A stretch of DNA of 64,000 nt from Antedon mediterranea (GCF_964355755.1 NC_092672.1:11470001-11534000), one strand, 5' to 3'. Shown: positions 12,796 to 27,720, counted from the stretch's first letter. Program-made: numbers and translations. Notes: generated from the sequence alone by a model not told the origin.

Positions 12796-13744
12796 TGTTT
12801 TGATAAACAATGTAAAATTAAGCGTTCGAATTGGAAAACAGACAGGAAAATTGTTTACTACTACACTAGGAGTACCACAAGGTGACTGTATGTCTCCGAT
12901 ACTGTTCACACTATACCTAGCAAAGGCACTCGAATCAGCAAACACAACACCACTACCCCTACAACAGCTTAATATCCAGATGCAGTATGCAGATGACATT
13001 TCATTTATTAGCGACTCAAAAGAACACATAACTAAAATAAAGAAAAATGTAACAGAGAAATTAGCAGAATTCAATCTAAAGATAAACGAAAGTAAAACAG
13101 AAGAATACCTAATAGGAAGAAACACCGATAGTAAATGGGAAGAATGCAAATACCTCGGTAGTAACTTGGACACAGAAAAAGACATTAAAAGAAGAAAATC
13201 ACTAGCAGCTATGGCATATAACAAGCTGAAGTCGTCGCTAGAACACAAAACGATGTCTATAGACGTGAAATCCCGTTTGTTTGACGCATACATAGCAAGT
13301 ATTTTCTTATATAACAGTGAACTCTGGGTACTAAACAAAAAATTACAAGAGAGTATAGATATATATCACAGGAAAATGTTGCGAAAGATGATAGATATTA
13401 AATTAACAGATAGAGTGTGTAACACGAAAATATACAAGATAACAAAACAAGAAGAATGGAGTAAAAGAATTAAACGAAGGAGACTAAAATGGTATGGACA
13501 CATAATTAGATTACCGGATGATACCCCAATCAAACAAACAATGAAGGAAACTAACAGGAAAGTAAAACGACCCGTAGGAAGACTAAGAAATAACTGGATG
13601 AATCAAATAAAGAAAGACTTACAAGGACTAGTAGACACTAACACAATAACAAACCATCCTGCCATAAACAGACAAAAATGGAAACAAATTGTGGAAAGCG
13701 TAATGTCGGAAGACGGAAAACGAAAACGTTAGCAACAACAACAA
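12796..13744 (+). mobile_element. 5'-truncated RTE-clade LINE with intact RT C-terminal ORF (12800-13732)
   Basis: GVPQGDCMSPILFTLY, YADDI, KYLGS, LYNSELW, RRRLKWYGHIIR and KRPVGR motifs; (CAA)4 tail at 13733-13744; CATCATCATCAT duplicated at 12784-12795 and 13745-13756. Confidence 0.92.
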
Positions 13745-15395
13745 CATCATCATCATCTATACTGTGCAGAACTCATTTGAGTATAGTGACATAGGTTGGT
13801 CACATGTCTATACTGTAATAATAATGGTTGTTTATTGGATATATATTGGCATACCCCAAAAATTAAATAACATTATAATAAAAAAAAAGGATATAAATAA
13901 TCATTAGTAAGAGTTCTGAAGAAAAAAAACGGTGAAAACATTTGTCTAGCTGTAACACCTGTTTATAGTTACTATAGTAACCAGTCTCCACCAACATCAT
14001 TATTATCCTCATGTAACTTATTTTAATTGTAGTATGCATGGATATTATTCCTGGGGGCGTACATCCAGTTGCTACACACCAGGAATACTGGCTAACCTTA
14101 GCGTCGTCTTAGAAATGCAGTTAGAAGACATAGTGGCAACTGTTTTTAATTAGTACTCTATATAGACATTTGCATAGAAGTTTCTTCAACTTTATTTTCC
14201 TGCAGTTTCTTAATTCTTCTTAACTGTACATAATTGAATTACAACCTTTTAAATAACAACATCAGTTGAATAAATGTACTTGATTTAATAATGAGCATTC
14301 TGAACACTGCCCTCTGCAAGTTATTCATTGTATTAAATACTAGTAGACCACGGAGGTATAATACCTTCATGGGTAGGCCTACTAGACTATAGTAGATTAA
14401 TTTCATGCATGATGAATGAATTTCTTAACTTGGTTGAAACATTTTTTTTATGCTCTGTTTAACCATGAAACTATTTTTGTTTGATTTTTATCAAATATTC
14501 TTGGTAGTGTTTGATGAAACAGAACAGCAAAAGTTTTTTTTTTTCAAATTGTAACTTGGCAACACATAATTTTTTACATTCAGTTACAATTATGCATGTG
14601 TAACTCTAAATTAACTTCAAATCTCTAAATTATGTAGTTTGTAAAAATATTTAGGAGAATTTTACCCATTATTTGAACTTTTTTCTCTTAGTATGTCAAA
14701 TGTATTCAAATGGAACATTTAAGTCTTTGTTGCTATGGCAATAGGAAATTAATCACAGTAAACTAGTTGTGAGTGGCTTATAATGGCCTCTTTAAATTGA
14801 ACGTAAGTTTTGTACAATTTCAAATATATACGATAATGAGTAATATGACGAAAATAATAGTTCATATCATAATTAAATCATAGAGATATAATTCATTATT
14901 TGATGTTTTATGATGAAAATGAATTTTAGAACCAAAACATATCAGTTGCAAAGATTTTAATCTGGTGATACAAATTAGAGATGATCTGTTTGTTCTAATT
15001 ATGTCTTACATTGTCAGAATCACTCAAAGGACGTCGAGTCGGCGACTCAAATCTAGAATTAGTGTGAATATCTATAGAAGTTCTGACAATTTAACTCAGA
15101 TTGGAATGTCAGTCTACCATATTTAGAGTCAGTTTTCTTTATGAATAAAAATATAACAAGAATACAAAATTGTTATACAGTATAAAGAAAAAACTGGATT
15201 TGGTTATAATCGCAGTTGGTTTCATGACAATTTGTCTGGTATAGCATTTAGCTGTCACAGTTTATATTTTTAAAAGTCCATGTTCAAATCCTCTGTCACT
15301 TCTATGATTACATAAAACTGGCAAGTAAAATGTGGTGATAACTCAAAATGATCTAAAAAATCTTATGAATAAAGAATATATAATATATATTATAT

Positions 15396-15635
15396 GGCTG
15401 TGGCTTGGTGGTTATGATGCTTGGCTACCAATCTAAGGGTCCTGGGTTCAAGTCCTGTCATATGTCAGGGTTTTTTTCTCATGACAATTTACAACTCCAC
15501 TCCCAAAGACTTAATAATAAGTCTTTGTTTATGTAGAGCATCTTGTGTATATGTTTGTCTTGTGAAATTATTAAATAGTTTATCCATCCTGTAATTGGCG
15601 GGTTACTCGCTGTTGGATGAGTATGAAATAAAATA
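15396..15635 (+). mobile_element. tRNA(Gly)-like SINE, best-preserved copy
   Basis: A box TGGCTTGGTGG, B box GGTTCAAGTCC, body, and 3' segment TTTATCCATCCTGTAATTGGCGGGTTACTCGCTGTTGGATG with an A-rich tail. Related copies at ~4045, ~8010 and 56370 (inverted). Confidence 0.7.
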
Positions 15636-18600
15636 AAAATAAAATATAAATATGCATCAGAAAAATATATCATAAGAGTATTGAATCGACACTTGGTCTT
15701 TGGTGTACAAGTCTCAAACCCATCCTCACCAGATCACTAGTATGGAAACATTTTCACATTGACAAAATTTATTTTTCTTTGTATGGGCTAATTAAAATCT
15801 TATATCCCTAGCCATCAAGCAAAATTGGTGATATGCCAGGATAGTGATCTAGAGGATTCATTTGTTTGCTACAATTCAGGAGTACTGACATATCATGATA
15901 ATTATGATATTTGTTTTTATCCCGTTATTGTCTACAACAATTGGTTGAAATTTATGTTAGTGCAAGTTTTCCGTATTTCTATGCTCTATATATAAAAACT
16001 TTATCATATTATTTTGGTATTTTTACATTAATTTATCATTTTGTAATAGTTTGAAATAGTCTACTTTTTACAAATTCCAATGCAACAATTTTGCTTTATC
16101 TGAACAGCAATTCAGATATCTGTCCATTTATTTTTCTCATTTGTAACAATTCAAATTCATCAAAAGCCATAAAATTCATATTCTCCAGAGGGAGTGACAA
16201 CTGAAGATGGAAGTGTAAGTTTGTTCCTTGTAATGACCACAATCCCCATTGATTCTGCATTAAGTAGTTAGTGTTATGAATAGAAGAAAATAGAAATATT
16301 CAAACTATCCAGACTCCTACTGTCTCACCAAGGAATAACTTTGCATACGACCCAATTTCACTAATAGTTTCAATAAAAACAATTTCCAAACTATATGACA
16401 TTACTTACACATTTAATGCATGATTTTACGTCGATCATTTGCCTGAAATATTTCTTGTCGAATGTTGCTGTTTTGACATAAATTGAATGGATTTAGAACA
16501 TTCATGTTATAAAATATCCAAGAGAAAGTGTTTTTTGGGAAAAAAATAATGAATTTACTATTATCACTTATTTTGACCTTCTGTGACAAAAGTAGGATAC
16601 ATTTTAGTAACAAGTCAACATAAGTCTTCGTTTATGTCAAAAATCTCAGATAGCTACATAATTTACAGCTTGCTACTAAATCAATGTACATTAATTTTCA
16701 CATTTATAATTTTATGGTGTTTTTTTTTAAATTTGTTGATACATTTTATATGTATATACTTTGGTGGTTAATCATGTCACACTTTTTAGATTAGTCAATT
16801 TTGAAATGTTAGTCTTTTTTTTATATAAAAATCAAGTTCATAATAAAGGTTAAACCTCTAATTCAGGTCAAGTTTTCTTTTCACTCTAATTAAAATCTAG
16901 ATTTCACTAATAGATAAAAACATGAAAAGGTTCATCCAATGTAATTAAATACTTAATTTTAAATGTGTTTTTTAATGTACTGAACTAATAAACACTACCC
17001 ATTCTAATATGTATTCAATGTAAAATAACATATTTATTGGGCCATCGCACCATCCCCATACCTAAATCATGAAAATGCTTTTGGATTCAAAGAGGTTACT
17101 CTATTTAAATGTAAATTATTTGCTGTTATTTTATTTATATATATTATACAATGTAACTTAACATTTAATTTTGATTTTGTCACCATCAATACCTAAAACT
17201 TTTGAGATGCCTATGGATTCAAAGAAATATAAGATACTTTAACTAACTGAATTCAATGTAAATTATATTTTCTGATTGTAAGGAATAACTTGAATGTTTA
17301 TATGACATTATGAATGATTTTAAAATGCATCAAAAATATTATGATCATTAAATAGAAGTAATATCCGTTGATGTTATATTAAACGTTTGATGGATTTTTA
17401 GCTAAAGTCTTTTTACAGCGATAAATCATTCTATATTTCTTTTTACATTAAAACTTTCTTCGTCTTTAGAATCACATGGTCGACATAACTCAACAAATTC
17501 TGAACATGTAGTACGTTTGAGAGTAATGTTCTAATGATGGTGTGGGAATTTTTCTGCAGTTGTGATAATTATTATAGTGCGTTCGTGATTTATACTACAA
17601 AGTATATTCGTGCTCTCGGGCAGTGTTTGCCGCATCCCAATTAGTTTCCCAATCCAATCTGTGCTTTGTCCGTAGGGTATTCACGATTCCGTTCTATAAT
17701 CCATCTGTAATCCTACTAATTCTTTTTTAATCCTATTAGAGAGTTTGTACATTTGAGCTGAGAATAAACTATTTCCGCAATTGTCTGTTTGTCATAAATT
17801 CACGAGTTCCACATTAATTATTATACATTACACATTTACACAAACATTATTGTATTAATTATATAAATATTTTAAAATTTTCCTTTATCAGGGCCGTTAG
17901 CCACCAGTAAAAATTCCAACCCACTTTTACACAGGGGATTATTCCTTTTATTCTCAAGGCTACGACACTGTTTGCACTTTATTTTTAACCATTTAAACCA
18001 ATTAAAATAAACAACATTTATTGTGTTATCCAGACTAAAAAAAGGTTCCACATTATATATTCTTTTTGTATTTTACTATTCTTATTTTGTTATAAACTTT
18101 CATTCTTGCCTTTTTTTAAAATAAATGATTTTAATTATCATACTACACTGTAAGCTAAATTTTTTTGTTATATGCCATTTTAAATTTTTATAAAATGTTT
18201 TATTTTAATATTTTACTTACTTACTTGTTTCCAGAGCTCAGCATTTGCTGGATCCGAGGTCAAGGCTAGGCTAGCCCCTCTTGAAAATAACATCAAATCT
18301 TGAATACAGCGCAAATTTTAGAGGGTGGTTGGACCATGCCTGTTTGAGACCTGACTTGAATTGATTAGTTGATCTTGAAGATACTACTGTACATCCTCTG
18401 TAATGAATTCTATAGTTAGCATTCCTTAGTTTCCATTTATTTGATTTGCATCATTTAAACTTTTTTTTAATTGCTTTAATTAAAGTTTTATTTTATTAAC
18501 ATTGTAACAAACAAAATTATTTTTTACTTGAAGAATTTTGTAGACAGAATTTAAAATGTATAAAGGAATTACTTTAGAAGAGCTGTAAACTGAACTCTTA

Positions 18601-20505
18601 AATACAAAACAAAAATATACAAAGAAAATAAAAAAAAAAAAATATGTTACAAAAAAAAGATAAAATTTTAATATGAACTAAATTAACATAAGTGATAATC
18701 TATTAAAAACATCAATAGTCATCATATCATTCTCTGAACAATCTCTTTGTTATCAGATATAATGTGTCCTTATCGTTAATTGAACTTTTATCGTAAATTA
18801 CCGACAATTAGCAGGTAAACTGTGTGGCGCTATCATAAATTAATACAAATCTCAGTAAGTTCAGTCTTCTTTGTTTTCAGCGATTGTTCTTCAAGTCTGT
18901 CTACCCCTTCCTCATATCTTTATATATTTATATCTCCCTACGGATTTTCCTCACACTTGCTTTATGTATTTCTGTAACTTTATTTTCTAGTTTTAAGCAC
19001 TACTTTGTCTTTGATTTATGTCTGAATTTTCACCTTTTTCACTCAATGCAAGTTTTATGAGAGTTTTGTGGTTTGGCCATAAACTGAATTGTATATGGAT
19101 TTCCATTTTCAAGTGAATTTTTGCTAGGTTGATGTGTTTGGATAACCAAAAGTCGTAATTATTATTTTTTTTTTTAATTTTTGGCTTTTTGAAATTTATT
19201 ATATTGAACTGTGTGGCTATACAACATAGCTTTATATCATAATTGTGCCCTACTTTTAATAAGAAAATTTTACAAATATTATCAGAATATGATAGAAAAT
19301 TATTTTATATATATATATAATACTGCTATAACTGATATTTAATTCCAGTTTAATAATATAACTCTGAATCTTCTGAAATTATATTTTCCCGGTGGCAATA
19401 AATTGTAAATTTAATCATTCATTTAATATTGCAACACAATTTAGAATTAAAAATAGGTTTTTTCATGAAATTGAAGAAACTAAATAAATTACTAGTTAAC
19501 AATACAGTATATTTAAACAAAATGATTATTAATTGATATCGATATTCAATTAACAGGCAGGTATTTAATTATAAAATGATTTTAATTTTAAAAGGCCTGT
19601 ATGCTAAAGGTAGGCTCCAGGGGTTTTAACAAGTTTTTCAAACTTTTTACTCAATCTATAATACTAGTCTTGGACGATTAAACACTTTAGCATTGTTATT
19701 GATGATTGTAAACTTTAACAAAAATAGAAGTAGCATAATATACATTGAATGCATCATATATTTTAGTTATGTACTTGAGTTACTGAAAACATACTATTAA
19801 TAAAGAAATTTGGTATATGTGGCATTTAAAACAATAATTGAAAAATAACAAATACATATTTGAATTGCTTTTTTGAAGATGAAAGACATGATCAGAATTC
19901 TAAATGATCTTGCAAATTCTATTATATATATAATAATAGTAGTTACATTTTTATGGTTTCTGTTCTTAAATTGTATATTTGTGTTGAAGATAATAATTTA
20001 TAGTAATTGGAAATGAAATAGAATAACATAAACTCAATTGAATTTTCATCAAAGTAGAGCAGTATTAGCTTATAAAGTCGCCATCATATTTGAAGTACGT
20101 GAGTTTTTACAGCGTTGGTGCACAAAGTATTTTGAGTCAGTTTCATTTTTAAATCTTAAGGTGTATTTATTAAATCCAAAAAGAATGGTTTTCTTTAAAA
20201 CCAATTTTAGTAGTTATTTCTTTTTGGAATGGGTTATCTCCTTCTTTGTTCATCAGGTTTGATTGGTAATGGTAAAATGATGATACCATTCTTTCAAAAT
20301 ACAGTTTTTAAACCATATGCTATAGATATTTTCGTTTTAGTTTGGCCTGTTTTTTGACCTTGTATCAGTATCTAAATTCTTATTATTAATTTAATTGTTT
20401 GCATATACTACTGTATATATTATTTATAATTGAGAACAATTATAGTTTTTTTTAATTCTGTGGCATTTAATTTTGATTTTCTTGCATTAACATTTGTATT
20501 TAAAT

Positions 20506-20682
20506 GATGAAAAAATATACCAAAAAAAAACATTTTAAAATTAACATGATGTTTTCACATTTTGTAGAGAAGTGAATTAAACAAGAATTTATTGAAGATG
20601 AAAAAATATACCAAAAAAAACATTTTAAAATTAACATGATGTTTTCACATTTTGTAGAGAAGCGAAAACAAGAATTTATTGA
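20506..20682. repeat. direct tandem duplication, ~91-bp period
   Basis: GATGAAAAAATATACCAAAAAAAACATTTTAAAATTAACATGATGTTTTCACATTTTGTAG... starts at 20506 and again at 20597. Confidence 0.85.
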
Positions 20683-23600
20683 TTACCTGCAAATTACCTT
20701 AAATAACCAATTTCACAAGTTGTGGAGATTTGTAAAATTCAGTAATAACAAACAAATTATGCCACACACAAAACGCTGTCACGTATACATTAAAGGGATC
20801 GATATGAAAGTGAATGACTTTGGAGTTAACCAGTTGTTTCTGACAACATATAGATTTATAATACCACCGGCATATACAGTCCTATTTTTCAATTTATCAA
20901 TAATATATTACAGTGCATATTCTTTATAAAATACAAAATCCTAGGGGACATTTTTAGGAAACTAATAATCTGTCCGCTTGAAAGCGATGGACCCTATTGG
21001 AAATAAATTGACTTGTCGATTTTATGGGTCGTCCTTGCATCCATTCACTTTGTTTTTTTCAATTTTAATATTCCAATTTGTTTTTCTTTGGATAAATAAA
21101 AATAAATAAATAAAAAAAGAATAGGAATTGTATTAGTATTGATATATATTGCTCCTCATTCATTTCACTTGAAAGTGTCCTCTTAATTGAAATTTCCATG
21201 ATTATCCTAAAGAAAAGGTTCAACCCACTGAAATTGTCTAAAAGACTGAATAAATAAATTATAACCAAAGATGAATAATAAAAAAGAAGGTTCTGCTTTC
21301 TAGGTTAAATTCTAATATAAATATGTTTTCTTTAAGATATTTCATAAATGTGTATTGCATTATGATTAAAGTGGCTAAAATGATATTAATTTTAGAAAAT
21401 AAATTACTTAATTTAAGTCAAGGAAAAAAATATCCATATTAGAAATTGAAAATGCCAGTTGGCGACATGGTGGCTAATATGCTGTATGCTGTGATGTGAA
21501 AGAATGCAACAACGAAATCAAAAGAAAATATATGAAAAATGCAAAAACTGGCTTTTCTCAATGTTCTAAAAATAATAGGAACTTTTCAGTAGCCAAAAAA
21601 AAAACATATGGTGTTACTTATTCTTTATTCCTAAGTCTTCAATTAATTTATTAATGGCAGCAAATCTAAATATATAGAACAATATATAATTAAGAAGTTA
21701 TTATTAATATATAAAAGACTATATACTGTAATTTAAAATTCAGAAATTATGTAAAAAGTTAAAATAAATATGGAATTCAATATTCAGTCAGATGAATTTA
21801 CTGATAAGAAATAAAAAAAAAACATTTGAATGCCAATTAAAAATTGCTTCATTCCATTCAATCCAACATTAAGTTTTAAGTTGGGAAGGAAATTGCGATG
21901 TGGCCAGTAATGTGTGTAGTGCCATGACATAGATTCCAAAATACAACTTTAACTATAGTGCCATGGTACTTTGAAAGTTTTGCTGTGGCGACTTGAAATT
22001 AAAATTTCCTGTGATGTTTGTAATTTTTCTAGTAGCCGTTGTGTTTTTTAAATTTTCGCCACAAAATTATGGCAAGGAATAGTATATTATTTGTAGCCTT
22101 TACAAACTTATATTGGTAGTTTTAGCAAGATAGGTAAAACACATTCAATGCAAAGTTATCAATTTGAAAGCTGGTTCATGTACATTGGCAGTCTTCTGCA
22201 CCAGATAAACACAACATCATAAATAATATTATGAGGTCATCTGTACGAATAGCTTTTTATATGAAACATGCAGTAGTATGTAGGCCTGTGTTAATGTTAT
22301 TCTGTGACTTACTAATTGCACACAATGCTGGTCTAGACCTTTGTGTCGTCCTCCATCTATAAGCTGTCAAAACATGGCAGCCAAACATTAAATCAACACT
22401 AATTCATATTTGCAATTCTCTTGTAACCTTGAATAAAATCAGAGTATGCTCATTGGCCGTAACCCTTACCATGTGTGCAGCCTTTGGGGAATGGGCAAGT
22501 TATGTCCCGAGTTCACATTTTGCGACAGTACAGATGTATAAATGGTGAAATTGCAAAATGAAGCGTGACCCTTCTAAATCATATAGAATGTAGTACAATG
22601 ACTTAACATAGACATAAGACTTATCTCCAAAACAGAAGAAATTACAGGAGCTTTCAAAACCACAAGATTCATATAAAAAAATAAAAAGAACAAAATAAAA
22701 ATCAGCCTCACCCCCACAAGCTACCTTTTATAATCTTCATTCATTCATATCAAGAATTTTCTTAGCTACAAACGAATGACGATGAATGTTGTTTCATGTT
22801 ACAGATGATGATGATTTCTCCTAACATTGTATTTTTCTAAATGTAGGTCATGCTTCGGATTTATTGTTTTGTTTTATAAACAATGAAAGTAATAAAAAGC
22901 AAATTCATAAGTTTTGTTATGTACTTAATTTGTTTTAGTATGTGTTACTACGCAAATGCTAATAGCATTTTGGAAAATATCATCTCAATTACATTGATGA
23001 ATATATATCTGTATATTGTGAAGTATATCTTAAGCAATTTTTTTTTCCTATCTACCTAATCTGGAATAGTTTCATGCAAATGCATTCTATTGAAATTGAA
23101 TTGTTGAATTATTTTAAGAAAGATTTTAAACTAGCATTTCTGATTCATTTTGAAGAAAGAAAGAAAAAACACCTTTTAAAATCCATTTTTTAAAAACAAA
23201 AGTCTTAAAACTAATTTTAAGAATACATATATACACCTTTTGCTGTTGTGGATTGCTTTATTGTTCCATTAACAACTAAATTAAATAATGTTAATATCTG
23301 TATAATATATTTCCGCCATTTTCTTATAATTTTTATATTTTTTAATATTAATATAATAAGTATAATATTATTATTATTACTTGTATAGCGCACATTTATA
23401 CAACATTTAATTATAATCAGCGGCGCTTCACATCAATTAGTATCAATTAGTATTAGTATTAGTATAATATATTTATTTGTAAGGTAAGCTTTTAAACATT
23501 GGCATCTTAAGTGATTTAAATACAATGAATTTTATATCTTTATTTTCTTTTCTCTTTTTCCATACACATTTTGTTAAGCTCTTTGAAACAACCATTGAAT

Positions 23601-25164
23601 GCAATTTCAATATTTTTAGATAAAATAATCTTATATTAGGATTAATATGTAGGCCTACTATATTTTCTTGTCGCAGTCAAAGCGCCCTCTATTTATAGCT
23701 GCAATTGATAAAATTAGTAATTTATCAGTTTCGACTATTCCACCTATCAAGATCCTATTCTGGTAAACAGGTGAGTCGAATGTGAACCTTACCGTGTTGT
23801 GATTTTTATTGGGAGGTTATTTATGTCGAGCCCGTAGTTAGCGCTAGGTCCTACTTTCTCTGACTAATACAAAATGTGTTCTAGCACGCTAGTTATTATA
23901 TATGATATATGTTTCACATCTGTTTTTTGACGTTGTTCATAAACGCATTAGGTTATTTCATTGAAGGTGATGCAAATCAAATGCAAGTCAAAGTGAAATC
24001 AGTACACATTTCACATATGACATATTTTTTGCCATTTATTGGGAAATGATTGAATCAAGTGTTCTAATTGGTTAATAAATGCTGTAGTTATTAGGCAATT
24101 CAATTTAGACAATTCTTCAATTTTATGTTTGACAAATTGGATTTTTCAAAATATCCACAATTATGGAATATTAATAATTCAATTTTTTTTTTATATTCCC
24201 GTACTATTATTGATTTTGACAGTTTTGTTCCTTAAGTTCAAAATATCAATATACACATGTGTAAATACAAGAAAGTAACTGGCCCGTTAAATAGTAATAG
24301 TTCACTTGGTATAAACTGTCTCACATTACAACATATGCTATTACATTGTCAACATACTGGTCAAAATGTCATAATTTACTTTTTTAAAAATACTCCCATT
24401 GAGCAGGGCAGATAAAACAGACCGCAATGTGAGTTCCACACAACTACCTTCACTGAATTATTCCTGCCGTCTTGGGACATATTCCTTTCAATTTTTCACT
24501 GCTTTGAAGGTTTTTTATGCAACAATGCTTTAAGCCTGTGTTTATTGTTAAAGTAACTTATGATTGAAACTTGTTTACATTTAAACTTCATATCAATGAA
24601 TGTATAATACTTGTCCCACTGGGATATTTACTGTTTTAAAGTACTTTATGATAATAACAGATTCTGGCACGTTTTCTATTTTTGATTGGTTTCCATACAG
24701 AGAAATAATTTCGCCATGGTTTTATAAATGTTTAAAATGGAAAGAGTTGTAATTTTATCAGATTAAATGTGATTTAACAGTATTTATTTACCATTTAAAG
24801 TACTTTATAAAAGTAACAGATATTAAAATGAAAATTATCAGATTAATAGATGTTTTGATATAATATTTTAATGCTTTTGTTTTGAATAAATTAATAGTAT
24901 CAAATATCATATTTGTTTAAAGATAAGTCTACTTTAACAATAACATACAAAAACACATTGGTTTTATTATAATTATTAGTAATTTTTGTTTTTGTCCCAA
25001 AATCTTAACATCAAGGTATTGTTTTAATATTCAGAAGTATGTAGTTTTAGTACGTTCATTGTCTATAACTCCATATCAAGATTGTAAACATTCTGTTTAT
25101 CAATTTTTAAAGTGTGAAATTCGCACCTCTTTCAAATCGTTATTATCCACAAAGGTGTAGACAA

Positions 25165-25180
25165 CTGCCCCCTAGTGTCC
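25165..25180 (-). promoter_or_regulatory. CTCF-like motif
   Basis: Revcomp GGACACTAGGGGGCAG resembles the CTCF core CCASYAGRKGGCR; motif match only. Confidence 0.35.
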
Positions 25181-26970
25181 ACTAACGTTTCTTATCCATC
25201 TGTCTGTGAGAATGTTCGTAGTCTATCTACAGTTACTCGCTTTTTATCACCTCTCACGTTTATGGCTAGTAAGAAAAACCAGATTCGTAGCCACTGGCAC
25301 TTTTGACTACAAAAACAACATAATGTTAAAGAATGTTTGTACATAGCTCAAGTACGTAGAATAAAGCTCGTAAAGGGAGTAAATTATGCTATGAATGGAG
25401 AGAAAACTTATAAGTACTTCACGGTACGAAGAACTATTTAAAATTCTCCATTTAACCAGAGTAAAATGTCCAATCTTTTACACATTTCAGTTGAAACTTT
25501 CCATTTATATAAATCCTTTTTAAGTTTATCTGGTTGTTGTGACGGGTGCTGACCGTACGCGTACAGCAATTTTCTCGCAGGTCATAGCAATCAAACAAGT
25601 AATCACAAGAGAATAGATGAAGAATATTACATGTACATTTTTATGTGTGTTTTATGACTATTTCAAGAGAGTAATTTTGACTCTGTTATGGACGTTTTCA
25701 TTTTATTCGACATTCTCTGATTATCTACTTTGTATATACTTCATCGATATTACTGGACATTTAGATCATGTTATGTGGGTCGGTTGGAAACCTGAAAGCT
25801 ATAGCAGAATGTAATTAAGAAACACTTCAAAATATGCAACAAAAATCCTAAAGATATCAAGCCTGAAATGTTTTTTCTTACTCTTGTTCTAGAATGGAAA
25901 AAAAGTAATAACTGTATTTAACATTTCAACTTTTTTCCATTTCTATAAAGTTGGCAAAATATATCTTGTAACTAAAAACGATGATGTATCTTTAAATAGA
26001 ACTTAAAGAATTTAACTTTGATGAAAAGGGAGATGGAATTTACCCTCTCATAAATATGCAGCTGTTTTGTTTTTGTTCATGCAGATCCAAAAATGAATAA
26101 ACACACATGAAGAAAAAAATACAAATCATATTTTAACAATGTTGTAAAATGCTTTAGTCGTGTGTGGTGGATATATCTATAATGTTTAATGACAGTGTAT
26201 TTGTTCCATTGTGGCCAGTGCCATTTCTGTATTCAGCTATTTTTGTGTTTCTGGAGATTTTAAAACTATCCGACAATAATGTTGACCAATTGTACATATT
26301 GGCCTACAAAAGTTTATAAAAATGAAGTTGTTTTTTTAATGTTTATATATTATTTACCATACCATTCATTGATGATAAATAGTTTGTTTTAAAATGCAAT
26401 GATGGCATTAAACAAGTTTTAACACCTGAGCCATAGCACAACTCTGAAATTATATGGAAAGGATAGGGAAGAGGGGAGATGGTTGAGAGATTACGTGTAT
26501 ATAGATTATATAGTTCTTGGCAAAATAGAAGGTATAACACTTAATGCTTTGTTTGTTGGAACGATAGCATCCACAATGTTTATGTTATCATCCTGAATGT
26601 TTGTTTGTTAATAGGTATATACTTACAGAACAATCATGCCTATTGATTTTAATAATAATAATATTCTTTTTTAAGTATTTTATTTTATTTTCATATTTGA
26701 AGTATATAATATACACAAATTTAATATTTTTTATTTCCACAGATCCAAATCATATTGAATATTTACACTGTGAGTTTACTTTAATACAACGTTAGCATAC
26801 AACATATAATTCAGTTTTTCTTAATGAAAAATAAATTTGCTTCATTTATTTCATATCATATCTATTTATTGCATTTTATTTTAGAACAGTTACGCAAAGT
26901 TTTAGCTTTTCATCTATATTCATAAAATAATTATAATATTACTAATTGTTTATGTAATATATTGAATATT

Positions 26971-27283
26971 ATACAAATAATGAATGTTTATGAGTGCAAT
27001 GGTACAAATAATGGCACGAGGTGAATGATGAAAGGTTATATCAACGAGGCAAAGCCGAGTTGATATAACCTTTCATCATTCACCAAGTGCCATTATTTGT
27101 ACCATTACACGAATACAAAACATTCATTATTTGTTTTATATAACATCTAGACGTTTTTTTTTCGTACACAAAAATGTTTCAAAAAGTACTATTTAACGAT
27201 CGTTGAATAGTGCGTACTATTGCACGCCATGTGACCCACATTCGTCCAATCAAATGACAGGAATTTATATAGGTGTTATATAA
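26971..27283. mobile_element. long-palindrome non-autonomous element (Crypton-like MITE type), copy A
   Basis: ~75-bp arms (ACAAATAATGAATGTTT...GAAAGGTTATATCAAC / GTTGATATAACCTTTC...AAACATTCATTATTTGT) around a GAGGCAAAGCCGA loop, then a tail ending CCAATCAAATGACAGG...GTGTTATATAA. Second copy at ~49704-49835. Superfamily assignment is tentative. Confidence 0.7.
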
Positions 27284-27351
27284 TAAATAATATTATAATG
27301 TAATAATAACATTATAACTATATAAAATTAAAACAAATTGTTTGTACATCC

Positions 27352-27720
27352 TTTAATGGCCGACTTCTGTCGTAAACGACAATGTCAATTAGTCTTGCAT
27401 TAATCTGAATGCTGACTAAAGCTAGGAATGTTTAAAGCACCTTTGGCTGGACCCAACATTGACCAAGGGCTTCTCTCGTCCAGTGTCCACCTTAACCAGA
27501 GGAGAGGCATAAGCCAATACGTCTGAGGCAGATACTAGATGAAGGGGCTGCCATGAGAGTCTGACAGCAGTGCTGATTTAAATGCCTAATGGGACCCCAG
27601 CTCTATATACAGTACCCGGTATTCCCAGATGGCCTCTCATCCAAGCTCTAACTGGGCCCAACGTTGCTTAACTTCGGTAATCTGACGAGAACCGGTGTTT
27701 CAACGTGGTAAGGTCGTACA
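27352..27720 (-). mobile_element. 5S rRNA-derived SINE, copy B (more complete 5S head)
   Basis: Revcomp begins TGTACGACCTTACCACGTTGAAACACCGGTTCTCGTCAGATTACCGAAGTTAAGCAACG...GGGAATACCGGG with the same body as copy A. GTACATCC occurs at both 27344 and 27716 (possible TSD). Confidence 0.88.

Noticed and set aside
12775-13338. 187-aa minus-strand ORF; also 129-311 and the short ORFs overlapping 46382-49426
   Set aside because: Antisense or alternate-frame shadows of the RT and MYND-gene frames.
15396-15468. tRNA-Gly gene
   Set aside because: No good acceptor stem; it continues into a shared repeat body present in several copies.
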